Assembly (NCBI GenBank): GCA_963793265.1
Contig: CAWBZI010000001.1
Span: 1,568,001 to 1,632,000, forward strand
Direction: 5' to 3'
From: an uncultured cyanobacterium
GTDB lineage: Bacteria > Cyanobacteriota > Cyanobacteriia > Phormidesmidales > Phormidesmidaceae
DNA length: 64,000 bases
The position numbers were made by a program, and so were the translations under genes. The notes below the pieces were generated by a model. That model was not told the origin of the DNA. It saw nothing but the letters and a program-made list of their open reading frames with translations, and made no database searches. Every line of letters begins with the position of its first letter. Positions within the stretch are counted from its first letter, which is position 1. Below are positions 32,585-43,539 of the stretch, piece after piece.

Positions 32585-33397
32585 ATGTCTGTCAGAAAAA
32601 AACTTTTAGGAGCCCTGAGCCTAGCTTTAATGGCAGCAGGAATGCATTTGCCAGCCAATGCTGAAACGCTCGAATCACAAACGCTTAGCGTCGAGGATAC
32701 CAGCGGCCTACAGCTAGAGAGCTTGCCTACCCAAGGGTTATTGGAAGCAGACGCATCGTCTCCAGATTTGGCTATCACTGAGGTCAGCGAGCCTACCTAC
32801 CTACAGCTCGAAAGCTTACAAACTGAGAACTTACAGGCTGAGAACTTACAAACTGAAAGCCTACAGGCCGAGAGCTTACCGTCTGAAAATTTAGAAACTG
32901 CCGCACTCGACGCATCAGAACTAGAAGCTGTTGAGCTAGATGTAGACGAGTCATCAGAGATAGCCCAAGCTCGCCGCCGTACTCGGAACAGAGTCGCCCG
33001 TAGTGGCTCAGATTTTGTTGGTATCGGTGCTGACTTTGGCTACGTAGATAGCGTTTCTTTTGCTGTAATCAGCAAGCTGTCTCTATCCGAACAAATTGCC
33101 CTGCGTCCTTCTGTCTTAGTGGGGGACGATCTTGCGGTGCTAGTTCCTGTTACCTACGAGTTCACTCGCTTTTCTACCGACGTTAGCGGCTTCCAGATTC
33201 GACCCTATGCGGGCGTAGGCGCTTCTTACGATGGCGACGGTGAAGACTTTAATCTGCTATTGGCAGCGGGCGCAGATGCACCACTCTCTCAACGCTTTAC
33301 GCTGAACGCACAGGCCAACTTAGGCGTGTTTAACGATACTGACTTCGGCGTAACGGTAGGTGTTGGCTACAACTTCGGTAGCCTGCTTGGCCGATAG
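32585..33397 (+). CDS. Secreted outer-membrane beta-barrel-like protein (paralog 1)
   Basis: Signal peptide ending ANA, acidic linker, alternating strands, PYAGVG, terminal VGVGYNF. Confidence 0.75.
   Translation: MSVRKKLLGALSLALMAAGMHLPANAETLESQTLSVEDTSGLQLESLPTQGLLEADASSPDLAITEVSEPTYLQLESLQTENLQAENLQTESLQAESLPSENLETAALDASELEAVELDVDESSEIAQARRRTRNRVARSGSDFVGIGADFGYVDSVSFAVISKLSLSEQIALRPSVLVGDDLAVLVPVTYEFTRFSTDVSGFQIRPYAGVGASYDGDGEDFNLLLAAGADAPLSQRFTLNAQANLGVFNDTDFGVTVGVGYNFGSLLGR
32801..32893 (+). repeat. 15-bp degenerate tandem repeat (about 6 units)
   Basis: Encodes ESLQT-ENLQA-ENLQT-ESLQA-ESLPS-ENLET. Confidence 0.8.
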
Positions 33398-33451
33398 AGG
33401 CTTGGGTTCTGTTTTAATGAAACTTCTCGATTGAGCAGTGCGGTTGTTTAG

Positions 33452-33487
33452 AAAGCGGCTGAAGATAATTTCTTCAGTCGCTTTTTA
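33452..33487 (+). terminator. Rho-independent terminator
   Basis: AAAGCGGCTGAAGA-TAATT-TCTTCAGTCGCTTTTT. Confidence 0.7.
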
Positions 33488-33620
33488 TTGGCTGCGCATA
33501 ATAGCTTGATTATTGTCTTCAGCCATAGGTCAAATGTAAATAACTTGATGTAATTGTGGGTAGTCTGTGAATACGCATCGCCTATAGAAAAAGCAAAAGC
33601 CGTTAGAGGAGTATTTGTAT

Positions 33621-34217
33621 ATGTCAGTGAAAAAAGGTTTGTTGAGTGTCATTGGCTTGGCTGTGCTCGCAATGGGGTTGCATTTGCCCGCACAGGCACA
33701 AACTATCGAGCAAGAGAGTGAATCAAACTACTTGGTAGCAGGAGACATAGAAGAGCTAGCTCAAAACCGTCGCAGACGAAATCCAGCGAATAGAGAGATG
33801 GATAGGGGCTCTGATTTTGTGGGCATTGGTGCCAATGTGGGCTACGTCAATGATGTCTCTGGCGTTGTTATCAGCAAAATTACGATTCGAGACAGACTTT
33901 CTATACGCCCTTCTCTCTCTATCGGTGACGACTTTGCTGTTTTAGTTCCACTTACTTATGATTTTAGAGAAGCTAGTGGTGAGGTTGAAGGATTTCAGCT
34001 ACGTCCTTACGCTGGCTTAGGGGCTTCTTGGGCAAATGAAAACAACAACAGAGGCGATGATACTTCTGATTTGCACTTGCTATTATCAGCAGGAGTAGAT
34101 GTTCCAGTATCTCGACGATTCACGGTCAATGCCCAGGCTAACTTAGGCGTCTTTAACGATACAGAGTTTGGCGCTACTGTTGGCGTTGGTTACAACGTAG
34201 GCAACTTTTTCCGCTAA
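33621..34217 (+). CDS. Secreted outer-membrane beta-barrel-like protein (paralog 2)
   Basis: Similar signal peptide, GSDFVGIGA, NAQANLGVFNDT, VGVGYN shared with paralog 1; AGAGGAG upstream of ATG 33621. Confidence 0.75.
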   Translation: MSVKKGLLSVIGLAVLAMGLHLPAQAQTIEQESESNYLVAGDIEELAQNRRRRNPANREMDRGSDFVGIGANVGYVNDVSGVVISKITIRDRLSIRPSLSIGDDFAVLVPLTYDFREASGEVEGFQLRPYAGLGASWANENNNRGDDTSDLHLLLSAGVDVPVSRRFTVNAQANLGVFNDTEFGATVGVGYNVGNFFR

Positions 34218-34273
34218 AGCGCTTTGCTAATACTGCGCTAGTGATTTCCTAATTTTGATGAATTAGAAACAAC

Positions 34274-34307
34274 AGAGAGATTGAGTCAATACTTAGTCTC
34301 TCTTTTT
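34274..34307 (+). terminator. Rho-independent terminator
   Basis: AGAGAGATTGAGT-CAAT-ACTTAGTCTCTCTTTTT. Confidence 0.65.
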
Positions 34308-34330
34308 GTTTGCAGCAATGAGGACATATT

Positions 34331-35833
34331 ATCGTTATTTCGTCTTCTCAATCTGAAAAACCAAAATTACAAAAACCAAGATTACAAACTGACTTAGACC
34401 GGCTAAGAAAAAAGTTTCAGCAAACGTGGGGATACGATGATTTTCGATCGCCGCAGGGAGAGATCGCGCTGTCGCTGTTGCAGGGTCGAGACTCTATTAC
34501 GGTGATGCCGACCGGGGGCGGAAAGTCTGTTTGTTTTCAGCTACCGGCTTTGATGAGCACAGGCGTAACTTTGGTGATATCGCCTTTGGTTGCTCTAATG
34601 GAAAATCAGGTACAAGAGCTAAAAGAGAAAAACTTACCCGCAGCGGCTTTGCATAGTGAGTTAGGCGGGTCGGCTCACTGGCAGACGTTGCGATCGCTCC
34701 AAAACAACAAACTCCGCCTCCTCTACCTCTCTCCTGAAACGCTCCTAAGCCCCAAAGTCTGGGAAATTCTCTGCTTGCCCCAGGTTGCCATCAACGCCCT
34801 AGTGCTCGACGAAGCTCACTGCCTCACCCAGTGGGGCAATAGCTTTCGCCCCGCCTACCGACGACTAGGAGCCGTACGACCAGCACTACTACAGCACAAA
34901 CCTGAAGGGACTAGAATTGCGATCCCGGCCTTCACCGCCACCGCCGACCCCATCACCCAAAGCGCCCTCCATACCGTCCTCCGCCTACAAAACCCTCAGC
35001 TCATCCGCCTCAATCCCTATCGCAAAAACCTACACCTCACTGTCAAAACAGTCTGGACGCCCAAGGCTCGCAAGCAAGCCCTGCTCCAGTTCATTCAAAG
35101 CAAAGGCAGACAGTCGGGCTTAGTCTACGCTCGTACCCGCCGAGGCACAGAAGATCTCGCGCAGTGGCTAGCGGCTAAAGGCTACAAGGTCAGAGCCTAT
35201 CACGGCGGACTCGCGGCTTCTGTTCGCCGCCAAATAGAAGCGCAGTGGATTGACAATACCTGTCAGTTTGTCGTGTGCAGCTCTGCGTTTGGCATGGGCA
35301 TCAACAAAGCTGACTGCCGGTTTGTCGCCCATTACGAAGTGCCTACGCTGCTAGCCGAATATGTGCAAGAGGTTGGTCGGGGTGGGCGAGATGGCAAGCC
35401 TGCAACAGCATTGGCTATCGTTAGCGAGCGCACGGGACTGCTTGCCCCTGAAGACAAAAGACGCTGGCAGTTCTTCGAGCAAAAGGCGCAGCAGCTACAG
35501 TCGTCAGCCGCTCAGCTCATTAAGCAAATTCCACCAGAAGGGAATATCGATGAGGTCAGGCGAAAGTTTCGCAACGGCGAGCAGGCTTTAGCGCTACTCC
35601 ATCGGGACGGTCAGCTACGCTGGCTAGATCCTTTTACCTATCAAGTTCAAAAGAAACCACAGAGAAAAGTAGAAAAACAGCCCTCGTCTGTAGCGGTGAT
35701 GAAGCGCTATTTATTTACGCGGCGCTGTCGGTGGCAGTTTTTGCTAGAGGCGTTTGGGTTTGCTGATGAGGCGCAGGGTATGAGGTGTGGGAAGTGCGAT
35801 CGCTGTCTTTCGTGTCAGACTAAACGTAGATAA
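34331..35833 (+). CDS. recQ: RecQ family DNA helicase
   Basis: MPTGGGKS, DEAHC, TATA, YHGG, FGMGINK, QEVGRGGRDG, CR...L..FG...CGKCDRC. The conserved WGYDDFR.PQ lies upstream of the track start (34478), so the true start is uncertain. Confidence 0.9.
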   Translation: MVISSSQSEKPKLQKPRLQTDLDRLRKKFQQTWGYDDFRSPQGEIALSLLQGRDSITVMPTGGGKSVCFQLPALMSTGVTLVISPLVALMENQVQELKEKNLPAAALHSELGGSAHWQTLRSLQNNKLRLLYLSPETLLSPKVWEILCLPQVAINALVLDEAHCLTQWGNSFRPAYRRLGAVRPALLQHKPEGTRIAIPAFTATADPITQSALHTVLRLQNPQLIRLNPYRKNLHLTVKTVWTPKARKQALLQFIQSKGRQSGLVYARTRRGTEDLAQWLAAKGYKVRAYHGGLAASVRRQIEAQWIDNTCQFVVCSSAFGMGINKADCRFVAHYEVPTLLAEYVQEVGRGGRDGKPATALAIVSERTGLLAPEDKRRWQFFEQKAQQLQSSAAQLIKQIPPEGNIDEVRRKFRNGEQALALLHRDGQLRWLDPFTYQVQKKPQRKVEKQPSSVAVMKRYLFTRRCRWQFLLEAFGFADEAQGMRCGKCDRCLSCQTKRR

Positions 35834-35835
35834 AA

Positions 35836-36078
35836 ATGGAGGCGATTGTGACGACTGAACAGCTACTTCTAGAACACTGGCACAGCCTGCCTGAAGAAAA
35901 ACAAAAGGCAGTCTTGGACTTTGCAGAATTCCTCCGACGTAAGACAGCAACACTAGATCCCCCATCTAAAAAGGTAAAGCGTCGCTTTCCAGTACCCAAG
36001 CTAGCAGGTAAAGCCAAGATCATAGGAGATATTGTCAGACCCGTTGTTGACGAGGAGGACTGGGAGTGTCTGAAATAA
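35836..36078 (+). CDS. DUF2281-like antitoxin
   Basis: LP.EKQ..VLDFAEFL and LAGK.KI.GDIV.P....DWE; overlaps the PIN toxin gene. Confidence 0.75.
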   Translation: MEAIVTTEQLLLEHWHSLPEEKQKAVLDFAEFLRRKTATLDPPSKKVKRRFPVPKLAGKAKIIGDIVRPVVDEEDWECLK

Positions 36079-36467
36079 TTGTCTTAGACACTCACATCTG
36101 GATTTGGCTAGTCAATGGCAATCTAGAAAAGATTCCAGGATCGTGGCTAGAACAGATTGAGACTGTTGAACGCATTGGCATATCGCCTGTATCTTGCTAC
36201 GAAATATCCTTAGCTGTAAAGAAAGGAGGGCTTATTCTGCCTTCTACTGCGCAAGCCTGGTTTGATCAATCGATAGACGCAGCAGGCATAGAAGTATTGC
36301 CTTTGACAGCTCGCATTGCAGACAAAGCAGTTTCCTTGTCTCCCGTTCACAAAGATCCATTCGACAGAATGATTATTGCGACAGCACTGGACTACGCGGC
36401 AAGTCTTGCTAGCGTAGACAAGTTGTTTTCAAAGTACGAAGAACTGAAGGGATATCTGCTGACTTAA
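36066..36467 (+). CDS. vapC: VapC PIN-domain toxin
   Basis: VLDTHIWIW, S..S.YEI, HKDPFDRMIIATA. Confidence 0.9.
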   Translation: MSEIIVLDTHIWIWLVNGNLEKIPGSWLEQIETVERIGISPVSCYEISLAVKKGGLILPSTAQAWFDQSIDAAGIEVLPLTARIADKAVSLSPVHKDPFDRMIIATALDYAASLASVDKLFSKYEELKGYLLT

Positions 36468-36469
36468 AG

Positions 36470-37261
36470 CTACGCTTTCTCAGTTCGTTTTTCATCGCCA
36501 GCGATAACTAACGGCTCCTCGGTAGAGTCCGTGTCGGTTGCGACAGCCGAAAGATTGGGAATCGTCGTGGTTTCTAGCTCAGCTTCGTCAGTTACTTTTT
36601 TAGAGAAGCCCCAGGCAAACAGCGCAAAAATGAGGCTGACCATGATCCACTCGGGCGGTACCCATTCAGGATTAATCACCCGCACGAGTAGACGAATGCC
36701 GACAAAGGCAACTGTGACAAAGCCTGCGTCTTCTAAGTGAACGTAAATTTCAAGCCAGCGGATGAACAGGCCCGCCATGAAGCGGAGGGCGATGATACCG
36801 ATGGTGCCGCCGAGCAATACGATTAAGACATCTTTTGAAAGGGCGATCGCAGTCGTCACACTATCCAGTGAAAAGGCAATATCCGTCAGCGCAATTGTCG
36901 GCACCGCCTGCCAAAGCGTCGCAAACTTCGGCCCTTTCCCTTCACCATCTTCGCCATCACCTGACATAAAGTGCTGATACACCAGCCATAGCAAATACAG
37001 GGCTCCAGCCACTTCAAACTGCCAGTACTTGAGCACCCAGCTAGCGGCTAAAATCAGCGACACTCGCAAGATGAAGGCGACAATAAGGCCCAAGTTAAGC
37101 GCCTTTTTTTGGAGTTCTTCGGTTTGTAGGCCCTGCGCGATCGCTGCCAAAGCAATAGCATTATCAGCCGAGAGCACCAGCTCTAACAGGATCAATACCG
37201 GCAATAGCAGTAAGGTATCGCCTCCTAACGTGGGAGACATTTCAAGCAGGCGATCTAGCAT
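36470..37261 (-). CDS. TerC family membrane protein
   Basis: LELVLSADNAI, DIAFSLDSV..A.A. Confidence 0.9.
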   Translation of the reverse strand: MLDRLLEMSPTLGGDTLLLLPVLILLELVLSADNAIALAAIAQGLQTEELQKKALNLGLIVAFILRVSLILAASWVLKYWQFEVAGALYLLWLVYQHFMSGDGEDGEGKGPKFATLWQAVPTIALTDIAFSLDSVTTAIALSKDVLIVLLGGTIGIIALRFMAGLFIRWLEIYVHLEDAGFVTVAFVGIRLLVRVINPEWVPPEWIMVSLIFALFAWGFSKKVTDEAELETTTIPNLSAVATDTDSTEEPLVIAGDEKRTEKA

Positions 37262-37323
37262 GTGTCTGAACTCTTGGGCAGAACCCTGTAAAAATGAGCT
37301 AAAAAAATTTAAGACAAAAGATA

Positions 37324-38166
37324 GTGTCTCTCATCCTTTTTAGCAAGATAGGCTACAAACGCCTTCCCCTATCTAGAATAGATCGAAAGCCAAAGGCTAT
37401 TATGCTTTATTGGCTCGCCCCTTCATCCTTTGCACCTGTGGTCACTTCCCTCGAAAAATTTAGATCCCAATATCCAGAGGGTGCGCTTGTTTCAAATCTG
37501 GTCACGATTCAAGACGGACAGTATGTGGTGCGCGCGGTGATTGTGCAAAAGGGTGAAACGCTAGCAACCGGGCTGGCGGCTAGTGTGGACGTGCAGATTG
37601 CTGAAGATAAGGCGAGGGAGCGGGCGATCGCAACCCTAATCACCACCTCAGAAGCCTCTGTTCAAGACGCTATCCAAAGCTCATCCAATGGCTCCAAAGA
37701 AGCTGAGCCCATTGCCCAGCCTCCCATTCAAACGACTGACCAAACTGCTACTCAAACGCCAACAGTTGCTATACCAACAGTCAGTTCGCGATCATCTGAC
37801 GAGATTATAGAAAGCGAGCCCGTTTTGCCGACAGCAGACGAATCACTAGAAGAACCTGCCGAAGAGGAAGATCTGAGCCCGCCTATTGAGGCTATTCAAG
37901 AAAGTGCCCTTGAGGAAGATACGGTAGCCGCAGCGCCTGCCAAGCCTTCGGCAGCGACGCTTGCGCTAGAGAGCTTTAACACAAGCGCTAACCCGGTTGA
38001 CCTTTCAGATGTGATTGCGCAAACCGATGTGGAGCTGACTCGGTTGGGCTGGACAAATGTACAGGGGCGAGAGTATCTAGAAAAGACGTATGGGAAGCGA
38101 TCGCGTCAGCAGCTCACCGACGAAGAGCTTATGAGCTTCTTGCTCTACCTAGAAGATCAAAGCTAA
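37324..38166 (+). CDS. Hypothetical protein with conserved-looking N- and C-terminal domains
   Basis: FR..YP.G.L.S.L...AEDKARERA; C-terminal TDVEL.RLGW...QGR.YL..TYGKRSR..LTDEEL; start uncertain. Confidence 0.75.
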   Translation: MSLILFSKIGYKRLPLSRIDRKPKAIMLYWLAPSSFAPVVTSLEKFRSQYPEGALVSNLVTIQDGQYVVRAVIVQKGETLATGLAASVDVQIAEDKARERAIATLITTSEASVQDAIQSSSNGSKEAEPIAQPPIQTTDQTATQTPTVAIPTVSSRSSDEIIESEPVLPTADESLEEPAEEEDLSPPIEAIQESALEEDTVAAAPAKPSAATLALESFNTSANPVDLSDVIAQTDVELTRLGWTNVQGREYLEKTYGKRSRQQLTDEELMSFLLYLEDQS

Positions 38167-39464
38167 GCGACTGATTCCTTCTCGGCCCGTTTCTGAACGA
38201 TCTGACTTCTAATATCTGCGGCTTGCTCAAGCAACTCGGCCTGCATCAGCTCAGACTGCTCACCCGAAGCCAACCACTTAAGCTGAACCTTTCCGGCCTC
38301 AGCCTCAGCATCTCCCAAAATCAAACCCACCACCGCGCCACTGCGATCGGCCCTCTTGAACTGCTTACCAAAGGCGCTACCGCTCAAATCAACTTCTACC
38401 GAATAGCCCTGCTTGCGCAGCTTATCGGCTAGCACCGCCGATTGAAACTCAGCCTTCTCGCCCCGAGAAATCAAATAAATGTCCAGCTCTGGCGTTGTGC
38501 TAAAGCGTTCCATTTGCTCTAGCAGAATAATTAAGCGCTCTAAGCCCATGCCAAACCCAATTGCAGGCGTATCTGGCCCACCTAATTGAGACACAAGGCC
38601 GTCATAACGACCGCCGCCGCATACCGTCGCCTGAGCGCCCAAGTCGGATGACTGAATCTCGAAGGCGGTGTGTGTGTAGTAGTCTAGGCCGCGAACGAGG
38701 CGTGGATTGATGTTGAAAGGAATGCCTAAGTTAGTGAGGTGCTGCTGTAGGCCATCAAAATGGCGCTGAGAGTCTTCGCTGAGGTAGTCGAGCAAACTAG
38801 GCGCATCGACAACAATCTCTTGGGTGCGCTTGTCTTTGCTGTCTAAAATTCGGAGCGGATTGCGGGTCAGACGGTCTTGTGAGTCTTCGTCTAGGTCGCC
38901 TTTAAAGGGCGTGAAGTAGTTGACTAGCGCTTCTCGGTACTGCTGACGGTCTTCGCTGCTGCCGACAGAGTTGAGATCGAGCGACAGGGCTTTGAGGCCG
39001 AGGGTGTTGAGGATTTGGGTTGCGATCGCGATAATCTCCACGTCCGCCCTCGGGTCGCGGCTCCCCAAAATCTCCACGTCTAGCTGATGAAACTGCCGCT
39101 GCCGCCCTGCCTGCGGCCTTTCGTAACGAAAAGCCGGGCCAATATGCCACAGCCGTTGTACGCCCCCCTGGGCAAATAGCTTGTTTTGAATAAACGCCCG
39201 CACCAAACCCGCTGTAATTTCAGGTCGTAGCGCAATCGAGCGACCACCGCGATCTTCAAAGCTGTACATCTCTTTGCCCACCGCATCGGTTGCCTCACCA
39301 ATGCCCCTGGCAAACAGCTCCGTCTGCTCAAAAACAGGCGTCCGAATTTCTCGATAGGCATAACTGCTGAGCGCTTGCCTGGCAATTCCTTCAATAGCCT
39401 CCCATAAAGGAGATTCTGAAGGCAAAATGTCGCGAGTCCCGCGAATGGCTTGAATGCTGCTCAT
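38163..39464 (-). CDS. hisS: Histidine--tRNA ligase
   Basis: RGTRD, LRPE.TA, FRYERPQAGRQRQFHQ, LVRGLDYY, GGGRYD. Confidence 0.98.
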   Translation of the reverse strand: MSSIQAIRGTRDILPSESPLWEAIEGIARQALSSYAYREIRTPVFEQTELFARGIGEATDAVGKEMYSFEDRGGRSIALRPEITAGLVRAFIQNKLFAQGGVQRLWHIGPAFRYERPQAGRQRQFHQLDVEILGSRDPRADVEIIAIATQILNTLGLKALSLDLNSVGSSEDRQQYREALVNYFTPFKGDLDEDSQDRLTRNPLRILDSKDKRTQEIVVDAPSLLDYLSEDSQRHFDGLQQHLTNLGIPFNINPRLVRGLDYYTHTAFEIQSSDLGAQATVCGGGRYDGLVSQLGGPDTPAIGFGMGLERLIILLEQMERFSTTPELDIYLISRGEKAEFQSAVLADKLRKQGYSVEVDLSGSAFGKQFKRADRSGAVVGLILGDAEAEAGKVQLKWLASGEQSELMQAELLEQAADIRSQIVQKRAEKESVA

Positions 39465-39492
39465 GAAAAGTAAAGAACCTGTGTATCAGACG

Positions 39493-39927
39493 TTACGCGT
39501 CGGGCAAGTGACAGCAGTTTAGCTCGTCAATGCATACCTTACCTGACTGTAACGCCCAGCGAACTAATGCCACACGATTGCCGGTAGCTGTTTTATTAAG
39601 CACATTGCTCACATGGTTATCCACGGTGCGCTTGCTAATATCTAGCTCATTTGAAATCTCTTGATTGGTCATGCCTGCGGACACTAGCTCTACAATCTGT
39701 AGCTCTCGCTTGGACAGCTCAGTCGCTAGCTCACTGGCTGGCTCACTGTGGTCTGCCCCCTCTTTGCGAGATGAATCTTGGGACGCATGAGGTTCTGAGC
39801 TGTGATGAGGGAGCATCGCTTCTTGAGCTGTATTTTGGTCGTTAGTCTTAACGTTTTGCTGAGAAGAGCGGCTGCCGTACATGAGCGTTTGATCTGTATT
39901 TATGCTTAGTATCTTTAGTGTAATCAA
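39493..39927 (-). CDS. pedR: Small LuxR-type regulator PedR
   Basis: LuxR HTH ISKRTVDNHVSN.L.KT.T.NRV.LVRWAL plus C-terminal GKVC...NCC; the true start is probably downstream (39882 or 39816). Confidence 0.85.
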   Translation of the reverse strand: MITLKILSINTDQTLMYGSRSSQQNVKTNDQNTAQEAMLPHHSSEPHASQDSSRKEGADHSEPASELATELSKRELQIVELVSAGMTNQEISNELDISKRTVDNHVSNVLNKTATGNRVALVRWALQSGKVCIDELNCCHLPDA

Positions 39928-39931
39928 TTAG

Positions 39932-40432
39932 GTGAGTGCCATGCTGAATCTTGAGAGTTTCAATAGAATGTTCTGCTCAAAGACACATATTTTACTGATC
40001 GAGTGGAAAAGGGTGTTAGTGCAGGTTCAGACTTTTGTGCTGGTAGGCGTTTTTTGTTTGGCTGGACTGACTGGGGCGATCACCTTTCCCGTGGTGAGTC
40101 TTGCTGATGATGTCAACACTTTACCTGTGACTGAATCTGTCGCCCCTCTCACCGAAAGCACTGACGTTGCCGCCGAAAAAGTAGACCAGTTCGCCCAGGC
40201 TTATCTACACGTATTAGAGCTATTGAGTGACAGAGAGTCAGAACTACCTGCCGCCGAAACCAGCGCCGAAGCTGCCAAAGTACAGCAGTCTATTGAAGCA
40301 GAAGCCGTCTCTTTAATTGAAGAGAGCGGCCTGACCATGCCCGAATACATGCAGCTTCTTGGACTTGCCAGCGAAGACGCAAGCTTCCGTGACAAAGTAC
40401 TTGGCAGCATGGACGAGTCGCTTCAGGAGTAA
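39932..40432 (+). CDS. DUF4168 domain protein
   Basis: Signal peptide; KVDQFAQAY, IEESGLT..EY. Confidence 0.7.
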   Translation: MSAMLNLESFNRMFCSKTHILLIEWKRVLVQVQTFVLVGVFCLAGLTGAITFPVVSLADDVNTLPVTESVAPLTESTDVAAEKVDQFAQAYLHVLELLSDRESELPAAETSAEAAKVQQSIEAEAVSLIEESGLTMPEYMQLLGLASEDASFRDKVLGSMDESLQE

Positions 40433-40515
40433 GCAACCTTCAGGAAAGCACCCATACCAATCTCAAAGAGTGAGTCAGCACGGGTGCGTATATTTTTACT
40501 TAGAAAGATTGCAGC

Positions 40516-41559
40516 CTATCGACGCATAGACTCTAGGCTTTCTCTATTACTGCGCTCAGTCAGCAAGCTAGAGATTAGCGAAGCAGGCTGCTGCTTGTGA
40601 GGCCAAGCGAACGAATGACGAAAAGCCGCTGCCTGACAGGCTCTAAGCTCATCAAAGCCAATCACGTCATGCGTGAGCAAGTTTTCATACTCAAATGGCA
40701 GTCGCACATTATGCAAACCCGCATTATCCGTACAGATAGCAATATCAACGCCTGCATCGAAGCAGCGATCAAACACTGTCTTGAGCTGACCAATTTCTTC
40801 AAGCGTTCCTGTTTGCAAATACGTAGTTGGACACACTTCCAAACACTGCCCACGAGCGGCAACTTCCTTTAATAACTCGGGATAGCGCAATGGGATTTGG
40901 ATACCGTGACCAATTCGCATCAGGTAGGGCAAAAGATCGGGATAGCAGCCGTCTTTTGTCTCGTATAAATGGCCCGTTGTGTTGAGCCCTAAGCTCTGGG
41001 CGTGTGCATAAAGCCGCTTAATTTCATCCAGATTGTAAACAGCGTCACCGCCTGCAATATCGATCCCACACACGTACTCGGGGTACTGAGCTGCTAGCTC
41101 CAGGGTGGCGCGGTTAATTTCGTAAGGCAAACGGGAGTGCAAACACAGAATCTGCTTGGTGATTACTGGATATTCACTTTGGTGACTCGCCCGGCCAACC
41201 ACCTCAATAATTTCGGCCATCGCATCGATTCTTTGCGTATCGCTTAGGCGAGCGGGCGTACGATAAAACGGCGTGTAGCGCAGTTCTAAATAAGCCAAAT
41301 TCTCGAATATGTAAGCGCCTCTAATCAACCGATAAATGAAGTAGGGCAGCGCCTCTTTGGTTTGCACGCTCTCAACTAATGTGTGCAGCTCTAAATATTC
41401 TTCGAGCGTATCTTTGGGCTGCGTATAGAACAGCTCAAATGCAGAATAGTCAGTAAATTTGTTTGAAATGTCGGGGCGATTACGCTCAAAGTAGCGCCAT
41501 AGCACTCTAGGAACTACGGAACCACCAAGATGCCGGTGAAGCTCTGCGTACAAACTCAT
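40516..41559 (-). CDS. Adenosine deaminase family protein
   Basis: ELHRHLGGS, GH, RIGHG, LEVCPT, TDN. Confidence 0.88.
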   Translation of the reverse strand: MSLYAELHRHLGGSVVPRVLWRYFERNRPDISNKFTDYSAFELFYTQPKDTLEEYLELHTLVESVQTKEALPYFIYRLIRGAYIFENLAYLELRYTPFYRTPARLSDTQRIDAMAEIIEVVGRASHQSEYPVITKQILCLHSRLPYEINRATLELAAQYPEYVCGIDIAGGDAVYNLDEIKRLYAHAQSLGLNTTGHLYETKDGCYPDLLPYLMRIGHGIQIPLRYPELLKEVAARGQCLEVCPTTYLQTGTLEEIGQLKTVFDRCFDAGVDIAICTDNAGLHNVRLPFEYENLLTHDVIGFDELRACQAAAFRHSFAWPHKQQPASLISSLLTERSNRESLESMRR

Positions 41560-42033
41560 AGTGAAGTCCTCCGTTCGTAAAAAGTTGGTGAGTTATTGAG
41601 TCCAGCGAGGATAAAAAAGGTTAAACAAATCTATTCAATAGCCTTAAGTAGCTATCAAAAATGCAGTCTCAAAGAAGTGAATAAACTATGCTCGAATCAG
41701 CTTTATCTATTAGGACTTGGCGATTAGATAAAGCTTGATGTTTAGATCTCGTTAATAAGGCATCAGCGCATTTTTGGGGCAGTTTTTGCGTGATGCTCAG
41801 GTACCAAGCCAAGTATCAGACTTTGACGGTCAGGAAAAGCGTGAAAAAACTTAATTAGTTATTTCTACAGCATAACCAAGTTTTTAGGATGTGGGGGTAA
41901 GAACCCCGTGGAAGGTCATAAGTTGGCTACAAATAGTCCCAAATAAGTTCAGATTAAGTTGGGATGCTTCAATTTTTGTTGTTGACACTTCAATCAAAGC
42001 TTGGTGATAATGGTTGTTTGAATTGAACTCTAG

Positions 42034-43386
<1,353 letters not shown>

Positions 43387-43539
43387 ACACCCGCCTAGAT
43401 CAGGTACAATCGATCTCCGGGTCTATTGCTTGAATTGGGCCTGCTACAGAGATGCTCCGAAGGCAACTGCTGGCGAAACGTCTTTACCTCAGACGATTTT
43501 ATTGACATATTTTTGACTTGAACCACCCTAGTAACTCCC

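Noticed and set aside
32801..32893. Repeats as a CRISPR array
   Set aside because: In-frame 15-bp coding repeats without spacers; no cas genes or array seen in the window.
43387..43539. Ribosomal protein L25 leader RNA
   Set aside because: Only short stems; I cannot support a defined structure by eye.
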